Under the pieces are notes generated by a model. The model searched no databases, had not been told where the DNA came from, and saw only the letters and a program-made list of their open reading frames with translations. A stretch of 64,000 bases of DNA from the human T2T-CHM13v2.0 reference genome, Homo sapiens. Shown in pieces: positions 15,245-28,094 of the stretch. The stretch is taken from the NCBI RefSeq assembly GCF_009914755.1, contig NC_060926.1; one strand, given 5' to 3'. The position numbers and the translations under genes were made by a program. Numbering within the stretch: position 1 is the stretch's first letter; each line of letters opens with the position of its first letter.

Positions 15245-16460
15245 GATATCAAAGATGCAATCTATGAAAGAAACAATTGATAAATCAGACTTCATTAAAA
15301 TTATGCACTTCTGCTCTGTGAAAGACACTGTCAAGAGAATAAGTGGATAAGCCAGAAACAGGGAGAAAATATTTGCAGAAGACACAATTGATAAAGACTG
15401 TTATCCAAAATATACAAAGAATTCTTAAAACTCAACACTAAGAAAACAAACAGTCCAATTTGAAATACCTGAATAGATACTTTGTCAAAGACAAAAAGAT
15501 AGTAAATGAACATATGTAAAGATGTGCCCACCGTATGTCATTAGGGAATTGCAAATTGAAATAATAATGAAATACTACGACCCATCTATTAGAATGGCGA
15601 AAATCCGGAACACTGACAACAGTAAATGCTGGAGAGGATGTGTAGCAACAAGAGCTCTCATTCATTACTGGTGGGAATGCAAAAAATGGTACAGGCACTT
15701 TGGAAGACAGTGGGAGTATCTTACGAAACTAAAAATACTCGAGCCACACAATCCAGTGATTGGGGACTTTGATATTTACCCAAATGAGTTCAAAACTTAT
15801 GCCCACACAAAGCCCTACACACACATTTATAGCAGCTTTATTCATACTTGCCAGATTTGGAAGCAACCAAGATGTCCTTCAGTAGGTAAACGGATAAATA
15901 AACTGTCACGTATCCAAACTATGAATATTATTTAGTGCTAAAAATAAATGAGCTATCAAGCCATGAAAAGACATAGAATATTAAAATGCTACAAACTGAA
16001 TGATTCCAACTATATGGCATTCTAGAAAAGGCAAAATGATGGAGACAGTAAAAAGATCACTGGTTGCCAGGAGTTAGAGGAAGGAAGGGATGAAGAGGCA
16101 GAGCACAGATAATTTCCAGGACATGAAACTGCTCTGTGTGATACTTTAATAGTATCATGATACACGTCATTATACATTTATTGAAATACAAAGAATACAA
16201 ATAATGTACAGCACCAAGAGTGAGCCGCAATGTAAACTTTGGGTGATTATGTTTTGTCAGTATAGGTTCATCAACTGTAACAAATGTACCATCCTTGTGG
16301 GGGATGTTACATTAGAGAAGGCTGTGTGTGTGTGTGTGTGTGTGTGCCTGTGTGTGTGTGTGTGAGTGTGTGTGTGGTATATGGAAATGCTCTGTACTCT
16401 CTGCTCAATTTAGCTGTGAACCTAAAACTGCTCTAAAATATCAAGTCTATATTTTAAAAG
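15245..16460 (+). mobile_element. L1MC-class 3' portion, containing a (TG)n at about 16323-16376
   Basis: ORF2 C-terminal remnants (SKCWRGC, WKQPRCPS); ends ctctgtactctctgctcaattt...gtgaacctaaaactgctctaaaa. Confidence 0.9.
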
Positions 16461-18599
16461 GAAATAAAATTGGAAAAAATTTCTTTAAAAGCCAGATGTT
16501 TGTTAAGTGTTTATAGCAAGTTTTAAGTACTTTAATAAGGATATTACTATCTGCGGACTAAGTTAGAGCTGAATTTTCACTAGAAATTTTGACAATGTGA
16601 TGAATGCCTATTAAATGTTAGCAAATACCAGACCAGGAGCTTTGATATCCCAAGCTGCTTATGTTTTTGTTTGTTTGGTTTTACATTGCTCAACAGAAAC
16701 ACAATATAAAATTCGATTATTTCTAAATTGTCCAAGCTTTTCAGGGTGCTTTGAAGTTCATCTTTTAAGTGCATGTGATTTAAACTGAGTTGTTTTTAAG
16801 ATAACCTTAAATGATTATCATTGTGGTTTGGGAATTCCTCAAATAATTTCTGGATCGAAACGAATAATGTATATGTCAGATGAAAGGCAGATTTTATTTT
16901 AAAAAGAGTGTGCTGGGGACCCTGGAAAATAGGATATTATCTAGCTGAGCTGCTACTCAGATCCACAAGATGAGCATAAATTAGAAATTAGGGCTAGATA
17001 TTTCTGAATCTTCAAAAATCTTGAGAAGCACCAAGTCGAGGTTTTTAAAGTCAAAGTTGTTCTCACTTTTTAAAAGTTGGAAACCAACTTAATTAAAAAA
17101 TGAGTACTATCATGTCAAAACACCCATATGTGCTCTGTGCTCTTTCTGGATCTTGTGCAGCAAGTTTACAACCTTTGATATAGACTCTCGTTGATTAGTA
17201 AGCCCCCAAAAACTCATGTATAAAATAATAACTTATATAATCTACTTCTTTCAGGTTAATTTATTGACATTTGGAAAAATAAAAGTAGGGGATTGGCTAC
17301 TGAGAATAGCTTGGTAATAATTTTACAAGGGTAAGATTAAGAGATTTTAATTTTTACTTTTGTGCCTTCTAATGAACTTCTTTAAGGAATACTTCTAAAG
17401 AAATATGTATCTCAAGTTGTCTTCTCTTGATTAAGAGTCTATAACAAGCTATATCAACAACTAGAGGGAGACCTTTCTAAATTTGAATTACTGGTGACAT
17501 TTTTACTTTGAATTTCAAACTTGTAATTTAAATTTAAAAAATGATCACTAAATGGCAACTTTGAAGCAAAATCTTTAGTGACAGAATTCTAGATCTTTCT
17601 TTATGCTCTTGGATTATTTCCCCTTCCAATTGAAAACATAATCTATTCATGTAAGATTTGTCCCTTTTGGCACGACCGACGATTATATTTTATCTCAATT
17701 GTATTTTATGCAAAACAATGCAATTTTTCTAAAATAAAGACAAAGTAGAATTAAAAATTTTCCAAAATGAAGCAGAATTCTTGAAAATTGAAAGCATGGA
17801 TACTGTTGTTTTAAGAAAAAAGAAAAAAAATCAATAGATAATATGAGTAATTAAAAGGCAGTTTTGAAAAAGAGGATAATAGCTTCAAAAGGCACAGCAT
17901 ATTTATTACAGACATTTTTAACGGACAGACAATTGAGGCCAAGAGGAAGCAATATTAAAACAAAACAAACAATGGACAAAACAAGAAACACTTTCCTGGC
18001 TGAAAATGCAGTATCCACAGTGAAAAGTCTGAACAATGCAATGCTAAATTAATGAAACAGACCCACATTTAAACACACTTGTTAAGATTTTCAAAAATTG
18101 AGGCTAAGGAGCCACTGGATATCTTTCTAAGCAAAAGAGAGAACTAAACAAAAGTAGGATATATATGAAAGTAAATGTGTTATAGACTTATTTTTATAAG
18201 AATGGAAAATAGAAAATAGGGAAATTTTTCTGAAAATTTAATGACGGAGATATTTCCTAAGATGAACCTTTAGTAACAGAATTTACTTGAGTGAACATTC
18301 CAGCAAAATAAGGCATAGACCTATGAATGCAAAAGATAAAGAATATAAATAGCTGTTAAAAACTTTTAGCTGGATTTAAATAACTGCTGAATTTGTGGTT
18401 TATATTTATACCTACAAAAGCTCACAAGGTCAGCAATGAGGACAAGGGAAAGCATATCTAATACCTAATATCTCATATTATGGAATATCTCATATTATCT
18501 TATATAATAGAAATAGAAGCTAATTATAATAATTTTCAATGTTTATTGAAATATGCTATTTTTGGTATTCTCTAGAATTAAGGAATTAGAATGTCTAAG

Positions 18600-21000
18600 A
18601 TCTATCCCTATAGAAACAAACAAAAAAATGGAAAAAGTCAAATAATGAAAGGGAGGGGGAAAAACAGAAATAAAAATGCAGCCTGATCAAATGAAAAATA
18701 TAAAACAGATGGCAAAATATGACTAAACATACAAAATAGCACGTTAAATGTGAATGTGTCCATTAAGAGAAACAAACTTTCTGATTGTAAATATTATTTT
18801 ATTTAAAATCTAGATATATGCCCTTTAACTTCTCCCAAAATCCTGAAATACATAAATTAATTAATACAAAAATAGAAATGTAATTGAGTAGTGAAAACCC
18901 CAATGGCAGAAAACATACTATAAACACATTCTGACCGAAAATGTGATGCATTTAATAATAACCAATGAAACTTGTCATCAAAGTATTATCTTACACTTAC
19001 ATTTTTACTTATTTTAATTAACACTTGGGAAGGATTGTACTTTATGCTACAATCTCTGATGTCAGGTCCTTGTGTTCAAACGTTGTCTACAGCTTAGTAG
19101 CTGCTTAATATTTAATATGAATATCCAGATGAATCGAATAATAATACAGAAAAGTCCAAAGTGTTAACACAAGGACACTTGGAAAGGTGTACTAGATCAA
19201 TGCCATTCTAAAAACTGGAAAAAGAACTTATTCCCATAAAAATCCTTTAATCATATAACTATCTGTATGAGAAAAACTAATTCTTCAAGAAACAGAAATT
19301 TTCTCTGTTATTTACATCATTATGTAGGCTGAAATTTTTACAATGCTATATGACCAAGATAAGACAGAAAAATAATAGACTAAGAAACTTTGGGAACATA
19401 AATTAAAATATCCAATATTAATATTGGAATTCAAAAGGAACAGTATAATAAAAGAAAAATTATCATTTACCAACAGTGATATAATTCACAAATGCAAAGC
19501 TATCCAATAGTTAAATATGATTAACTACATTAACAATTTACTAAACATAATCAATGATCTGTGTTCCTTTCTCATTAGGTACAAAGAATGTATTTAAAAC
19601 CTTAAAAAAAATCTTAGTAAACTACAGTAAAAAAGTCTCTATTTTGCTAAGGAATATCTTGTAAATTAAGAGCATTATACTTAACTGTCAAACATTAAAA
19701 CTATTTTCATTAATTTGAAGAGCATGGCAAGGACCACCATTACTAATCAGCTTTGTACTGAAGACCATAACTAGTGAAATAAGACACACACACACAAGAA
19801 GTATAAATTTAGAAAAGAAAGTAAAATTTTCTCACTTTATGTAGATCACATGATTGTATTAATAGAAAAATATTATTATGGTAATAAGAAAGTTGGAGAA
19901 TTTGTTAAAGATCGATAAAAATAAAATGTCACTTTCTTCACTACCAAAACTCAAAATAAAAAATTGTAATAGGAAAAATAATTTTTCCATAAACTTACAA
20001 AATCTATAAATACATAAAATACATTTGAAAAGGTATATGCAAATATTTAAACTATTTAAAATATTGAAGGACATAAGATACCTCAACAAGAAACACCATT
20101 ATGTTAAAGGGTCAATTCTTTTAAGTAACCTAAAAATGTAACCCTAAGCAAAACTTCAGAGTTAATCCTGAGAACTAAAAATGCAAGAATAACACTACAA
20201 TTTTGAAAAAAAAAAAGGAATAACAATAAGGGTATTTCCCATTTTTATATTAAAACATGTTATCAAACTACAGTGTGTCTACATGCATAGAAAACAATGG
20301 ACTGTAAGAGAAAATGAGGGGAGAAAAAGGCTTAGATATCACTGGGAGTCTTCTTTGTTATTAAGACAGAATTTCAAGCCAGTGGGGGAATATGCATTTT
20401 GATCAGGGATGTGCGTCTGTGTGACTTGTGTATATCCACTTATGTATACATTCGTTATATGTCTATATTTATATCTATCTGCATGTATCTTTATCCTATC
20501 TATACCTATATTTATTTAATGTTTATTTTTTCAGCCTTGCTTATGAAAGTGAAAAATTTTAAAAAGAAGTTTATTTAGTAAAGTAATAGTTAAATAAATG
20601 ATATTTTTCCATAATAAAAATACTATTTAGAAATTTAGAAAATATTAGAAATCTTTATGTGCTTATATTATTGAATAGAAATAACAAGTCAAAAACATAT
20701 ATATAATACATCATTTATATCCATACAGAATTATGTTTGTGTCTATTAATTCAGTAATAAAATGGCTTTCAATTTATGTGGGAAAAACAACTATGTACAA
20801 AACCAAAGACATACATTTGTATATGTGTTTGTGTATATATGTAATTATATAGTATGTTTTTCTATGTGTATATAGGTTCCTTAAGGAGAGAGGTAAAACT
20901 TGGTTTTATATACATGCGAGAAGACAGGAAAATGAAGTTCCACTTTTTCACCCTGTAAATTTCTGTATTGTTATAACGTTTTACTATTAGCATGCATTCA
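18600..21000 (+). mobile_element. Highly decayed L1M(E) ORF2 and 3' fragments
   Basis: A-rich strand with remnants such as gaaaagaaagtaaaattttctcactttatgtagatcacatgattgtat and cagaatttcaagccagtgggggaa. Confidence 0.6.
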
Positions 21001-22431
21001 AAGTACAGAAACTAAATTTTATTTAAATTTAGAATCCCTTCCTTGCTTTAGTGCCCTTCAGCCTGCATGGAGAAAGCAGTGCTAACACTCACAACAATGA
21101 TTCGTTTCTGATAGACATATGTACTAATACAACCTAGCCATATTTCATCTACTACCAGGTGCCCTTGCCACACAGAAAACTTTCAGTCTATATACTAGTA
21201 CTATGTATTATGCATATCAAAATTTGCATAGTACAAAAATTTAAGAAAAATTAAAAACAATAGCCTAATTTAAGGAGGTAGCAAACAATTGTTAGTCCTT
21301 TCGTTTACTTGGTTTAAACTTAGAATAAATTGACACCTGACATGTATTCTTTTTAGGATTCTCTTTGCAAGGAGGATTATGTGAGCATTGTGTTTACTCA
21401 TCTAAATTAGCAAAGTAGATTCCTGTGAAATTCTTGTTAGAATTAATCAGCTGTCATTGTGTCATATCCTTACGATCAATGTGAAACTTTGGCCTCTGCA
21501 ACCACCATACCACTAATAACTGTAACCAGTAGAGTAGAGGCAGGCTTAGCTAACTTCATTTTAATTTTACTTCTGAACTTTTATTATTTTCTTCCATTAT
21601 GTCAAGTAGGTGGAATGAATAACAGTCCTCTTCTGTGACATTCGGTGGCTTGTGAAATTCTAAGGCTGATTTAGTGTGATGCTATTGGCCTACATCCCAT
21701 ATGTTATTGTGCGGTTCACAAAAATAACACTGGTTTATCATTTTTCATTCTAAGATTTAATCTTCTGAAGTCATATTGCTGCTGTACCATACAAATAATA
21801 TACACATTTCCACTTTTAATTCCAATTTGCAACTGTGAATGGTCTAAAGTGTCTACCTTTCTAATCTGCATGTATATTTCAAAGATTAGAAAAGCTATGT
21901 TTAAAGTAAATTTAATATTGACAGCAGACTGACATATTTAGTGATGTCTCCTGAAGGACTATTTGAATAAAGCTGGCATGTTTTTACTTCAGAGAAACTA
22001 ACAACAATTAGTAAATTAATTGATCATCTTCTGGTGCCTGACATATTGATCCATGAAGTGAGCACAGGATTTTTATCATGTGACCCTCCTGGGGACTCAG
22101 AACAGTACTCATCGATGCATTATTCTTCTCAGAAGAGAAAATGAAGCAGTAGAGGAAATACAAAAAGTCAGTCACTTGTAGGCCCATGGAGAGTATTAAA
22201 CTCTTACTGCTTGGCAGACAATTAATAAAGAGGAGAACAACTATGTATCTGTGTCCCTGAATAACCATATTCTGTTCATCTTTATTTCAAATAACATTAA
22301 TTATGACTTCCTTCTCCCCCTCGACTTCCTTACTGACACGTGTGCACACATATTCTAACAGATGCACCTGAAAATTGAATTCATGGAGGCTTTTCATGTA
22401 CTTGATAATGCCCACTGACGTATTGATCTAA

Positions 22432-22786
<355 letters not shown>

Positions 22787-24479
22787 TCTTTTAGCGTTTT
22801 TAAAATTAATTATATATTTGATTTTTATAGGTCATAAAGCATGTAAAAAACCCTTTGGGCCTCATAGAGCCATGGGAAACTGATCTCTTGTATTTTTCCA
22901 CTAGAGTTTTCCTTGATGGTTTTCATGTCTGTGTCCATAAAATATTTCTGTCCAATCTTTTGCTTTAAACAAGCATTTTCAGATTCATCATGTATCTGCA
23001 TTGGTACTATTTTTCACAGAGATTAAAAAAATAAAAATTGCAGTGAAAAAATTGTAGCTTTAAAGTTATTATTTTTATTCTTGTAAAAATTTGTATAGTT
23101 TAAAGCTTCTTGTCATCCCTTTTCTCTTCTAAATTTATCCATATTTGTCTTTTTTTATTTGATTTGATTTCCATGTCACTATCCTGAATAGTACACTAAA
23201 ATTAATTTCCATATTATCCAATGATTAACTTGGTCATATCTTCTATGTATTTAGGAACACATATCAAATATAATCTTCAGCAAATGCTACAGTTTTATGT
23301 ATGAAAGGGATACAACTTCTGCTTTTTCTAATTAAAGGTAAATATGCATTAATTTCAATGATTGTTTCTATTATCTTACAGCCTGAGTGACTTCATGTCT
23401 GTGTTTGGGTATGTGTGTGGCTGTATGTTGTTTACAAAGTATCCATTTCTAAGGAGACTTTGAGTAATTCACACATTAAAACACATTGTGAGAAAAAGCA
23501 AATTGAGGGGTTAACAAAAATGGAATACATTTATTGCAAACAGAAGGAGTAAATGTTTCTAAACACTTGAGATAAATTGATAGCTACAACATGGCACTAA
23601 AATGTATTCTTAGTTTTCTTGAAATAAAAGAGAAAACATATTGGATTCTAACCTTTCCTTTGAAACCATATGTGTACATCCAGGAAGACAAAATATATCT
23701 GGATCAAAGCACAAAGGAAAACAATATCCATTCAATAAACATGCATTGAAAGTCTGTGCTTAAGAGGTATGTGTGAAAAACGTACAAATCGCAGAAAAGC
23801 CCAACATTTAAAACAAAAACCCCACTTATTTAAAGGTCCAAAGTTCCTCTGTAAGAAATGAAGGATTTTAGTAATCTTAATCAGACAAAGTATACCAATA
23901 TTAGGATAAAAAATAAAGAGAAAAACAAAACAATTAACAAAAAATCATTACAAAATTAGAGATTAAAGCTCTTCCAGTTCCTGAGAACTCATCTCAGGAT
24001 AGTAGAAAGTGTACACAGCTACTGTAGTCAGAACACAAGTTTTAAGGGTTTGAAAATTACTAAGAGAACTAAACACAATGACAACTCTTAAAACAGACTT
24101 TTTGGAATAGCCCCAGTGACATGTTTTAAATTCTTCAAAGAAAAGAGATACATGTTTTCAATAAGTTTGGCTGAAAAAGAATATAAATAAGAAAGTAGCT
24201 ATTCTACTACTCTCTTGGACCAAGTAGAAATTTCCCAAGGTGAGTAAGGGCAGAGTTAGGGCAGAAACTGGCTGCAAAGGTGGGTGCAGGTTATTGAACA
24301 GAAGGCCAAGGTGTCTCCAGAGCAAAGCCTGCTATGGTGATCAAGTTAAAAAAAAATTGAGAAAAGAACACTATACTAGAAAGAAGACGGGGTAATTAAC
24401 ATGATGGATAATACTATATGAAAAACAGAAGGTGGAAAGGAGGAAACAAACAAAAAACAAAAACAAAAATCAGAATGAT

Positions 24480-24800
24480 TGACACATTACTATAAAATGT
24501 CTTGATGTCTGATAGTATAATTCCTCCTTCTGTTCCTCAAGACAGCCATGGCTATTTTTCGGTGCTGTTTACTTTCTGGCAAATTTTAGAAACTTGTATT
24601 AATTTCTACAAAAACCTAATGCTATATTGACTGGATTTGCATTACATTGATAGATCAGTCTATTGATAAATATGGGAAGAAATGACAGTTTTACACTTTT
24701 CACTACAAGAGCATCAATTTACACCTGAATTAGTTTTCTTCAAAAATATTTTATAATTTTCAGGTGGATATAATACACATTTTTCCCATTTACTTAAATT
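24480..24800 (-). mobile_element. Old L1M ORF2 fragment
   Basis: aattcctccttctgttcctcaagacagccatggctatt...aaattttagaa...atattgactggatttgcattacatt. Confidence 0.65.
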
Positions 24801-24958
24801 TATAAATATTGATATACATGGTATGAATTTAAAAGTAGCATTTTCTGTTCACTTTCTATATACAGCAGATACACTATAAAGATGATTTCAAAATTGATAC
24901 TATACAAAGATAGAATTTTCTTTTCACTTTCTATTCTATTTCTACTCATTTTCTATTC

Positions 24959-26007
24959 ATTTTTATTGGAGAGCTCTTTATTTTATGTCTTAAATTTTAA
25001 TTGGTCTGTTTTTACTATTATTAACTTTCTCTAGTTTTATTTTTCTAGTAAGTATTTCATCTAGTAGTTGAAATTTATTTGCATAGTTTTGTTCAAATAA
25101 TATTTAAATTTTCTCTTTTGAGGGTTTTTTCTTTTATGCAATTTACTAATTTTCATCAACTAGATCTTTCATGGATAGAAAAAGTGAATAGAAAATGCTA
25201 TTTTTAAATTCATACCATGTATATTAATATAGCATATAGCTATATGCGATATATAAAGATGACTTCAAAATTGTTACAAATGTATGAGCACATATATTGA
25301 TCAAGTTAATGAATTCAGATAGGATTATCTCACTGATTAAACAAAATTATTTAGGTTAACCAGTAAATTCCAACACTATGTTATTTATAGTATCAAAACG
25401 CAAAAAGCAAAGTTAATGGGTGCAGCACACCAACATGGCACATATATACATATGAAACAAACCTGCACGTTGTACACATGTACCCTAAAACTTAAAGTAT
25501 AATAATACTAAAATTAAAAAAAGAAGAATGTTCAAGTATATACTACATAAATGCAGAAACAAACAAATAAGAAGGTTCTTTTTTTAATGGAAAAATAATG
25601 GACAAGATAGAAATTAAGACTAAAGATTTCAGAATAGAATAACAATGATGTTTCTTAAATGCTAAGGGCTGTCATTTACACTGCAGATAAATTTTGTACC
25701 CAATAACTCAACAATTATCAGGAAGCAAAAACTACAAGAAATGAAACGGTAGCACATTAAAAGTAGCAGACATTAATACACTTCTCACAATCCATGAAAG
25801 ATCTACTTAAGGAAAATTAGTAAAATGCATGGAAGAAATAACCCTCAAAAGAGAAAATGTGAATATTATTTGAATAAAACTATGCAAATAAATGTGAACT
25901 ACTAGATGAAATACTTTTCTGAAAAATAAAACTAGAGAAAGATGATCATAATAAAATCAAGGTGATTGAAATTGAAGCAATAAAATAAAGAGATCCCCAA
26001 CAAAAAT
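24959..26007. repeat. Inverted duplication of about 218 bp (24959-25176 vs 25790-26007)
   Basis: Manual reverse-complement alignment, e.g. aagtatttcatctagtagttgaaatttatttgcatagtttt vs aaaactatgcaaataaatgtgaactactagatgaaatactt. Confidence 0.92.
25411..25523 (+). mobile_element. Short L1PA 3' end
   Basis: agttaatgggtgcagcacaccaacatggcac...taccctaaaacttaaagtataataa. Confidence 0.93.
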
Positions 26008-26180
26008 ATCACAAGGGCCAGATGTTTTTTCAGAGAAATTCTACCAGCCTTTTAAAGATCAGATAGTGCCAATACTGCTTAATGTATTCAGAACACACAA
26101 AAAGAAGGGAAACTTTTGAATTTACTTAAAGGAGTGAGTATGATGTTAATTGCCCAATATGAAAAAGATATTAGCCACTT
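25550..26180 (+). mobile_element. Old L1M ORF2 fragments
   Basis: aagggccagatgttttttcagagaaattctaccagccttttaaaga and endonuclease-region remnants. Confidence 0.7.
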
Positions 26181-26519
26181 AGTAGCATAACTATAGAGTT
26201 AAGATCCAGTACGATTAATATGATTGGGTATTTTGAGTGAGAAATATCCTAGGACAAAATAACAAAAATTATAATGATAACTCTCAATGGATAAACAAAA
26301 TTGGATTTTGCATTTCTACAATCCAAAATTATATATCTGAAGAACAGAGAATAAAACACAATCTTATGAGGAAAAAATAAATCAAATCTGTTCCTGTGAT
26401 GAACCAGATATTGTGTATAACAGACTAAAAATTAAAGCACTTACTACACACACACACACTTAATGGAATAAAACAAAGCATGTTTTTAATGATTATAATC
26501 TCAGTATTGAGATTGAATG

Positions 26520-27625
26520 AATAAATACAAATTCTCAGTAGAGATATAAATCCCTAGTAAAGAAAGAGTATAAGAGAACCAAGGGAAATTTTAGAACTGA
26601 AAATACAATTGACAAAATAAAAATTGTAAAAATATTAAGTGGACTTGATACTCCAGAAAAAAAGAGCAAAGAGTAAAGTTAAAGATAGAGCAATGTTAAG
26701 TATCTAAGGCAAAAAACAAAAAAACAAAGGCTTGGAGCAAAACAATGAAGAAATTCTGATGGGACTGATAGATATCAAATTGTTAGATGTATGCATTTGG
26801 TATTCCAAAGAGAGAAGAGATGGAAAAATAGGGGAGAAAATATACGTATGAAAAAATAATGGCCCCAAATTCCTGAATTTTATGAAAACACAAATTTACA
26901 GATGTGACATGCTAAATGAAATCTAAGTTAAATAAACACAAAGAAGCCCACACCTAGGTATATCATTGTTAAGCTTTTGAAAACCAAGTATAAACATCAA
27001 CTCTTTAATGCACCATGAGATTACTGAAATTACGTACAAGAAAGCAAAATTCAATTAAGGCTGACTTTTCACTAGAAGTCATGGAGAGTGATAAGGTAGG
27101 CTCTGAGAGTGGAAGAATATTTGTAAGTGTTAAAAAGACAATTACCCCAGACTACATATCCAGAGAAGGTATCATTCAAGAATAAAGCTGGTTTCCAATT
27201 AAGTTAATTGTATTTCAGAAGTAAGTTAAAGATTATTTATGACTACAAATTTCCTCAGAAATACACGTTAAAATTCACAATAGTTCAATAAAATATTATC
27301 AGATTGGCAAGGGAGCAGGAAAATACAATCCATACAGAAGGGAAAAAATAAATAGAAAGGTATTAAGATTGCCACCGATTAAAGTTAGGAGAGAAATAAC
27401 TTAAAACAGAAATTATCACTATATCCCATATCTTAAAAAATTAGTAAAGTCATGGCCTATATAAGTATAGCCTATTTCAAATGTGTAGATGTAAAAACTA
27501 CAATGTCTAAGGTGAAAAATACAATAGATGAGATTAAAAGCACATTAAAAATTGCAAAATGTAACTTTAGTGAATTTGAAGACATACTGAAAGAAAATAT
27601 TCAAAATAAAATATGTAGGGTAAAA

Positions 27626-27678
<53 letters not shown>

Positions 27679-28080
27679 CACAAAACACCATGACACCATG
27701 GGGTCTGTGGGCCAATTCAAGCAGGCTAATATAGGTGAAATTAGAGTCCCTCCAAAAGAGAAAAAAAGCAATAAATATATACTTAAATAAATAATGCCCA
27801 AACATTTTCAGAATTTGGAGAACTCAATGAAACCCAAGCTCAGGACACCTGAAGGAAACTAGCTTAAGACATAATAATTAAAGTGCTTAAAACCATTGAT
27901 AAAGAGAAAATTTTAATGGTAGCCAGGGGAAAAAAAGAAAGCACATTTCAGATGGAGAAAGATAATGATAGCAGATTTCTTGCTGGAAAAAAAATGCAAG
28001 TGAGAAAACAGTGGATGGTATCTTTACAGAAAGAAAGGTATCCCATCCTAGAACTCTATACTCAGCAAAAGTTGGTAACT
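26520..28080 (+). mobile_element. Old L1M ORF1-region fragments (probably two copies); (CA)n at about 27630-27676
   Basis: gaaattttagaactgaaaatacaat; cacacctaggtatatcattgttaagcttttgaaaacc; LKTIDKEKILMVARGKK resembles ORF1p. Confidence 0.75.
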
Positions 28081-28094
28081 TTCTATGTCATCTG

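Noticed and set aside
27545-27805. CVCVCV and THTHTH ORFs (also 16328, 38001, 38161, 51774)
   Set aside because: Read-through of (TG)n/(CA)n microsatellites.
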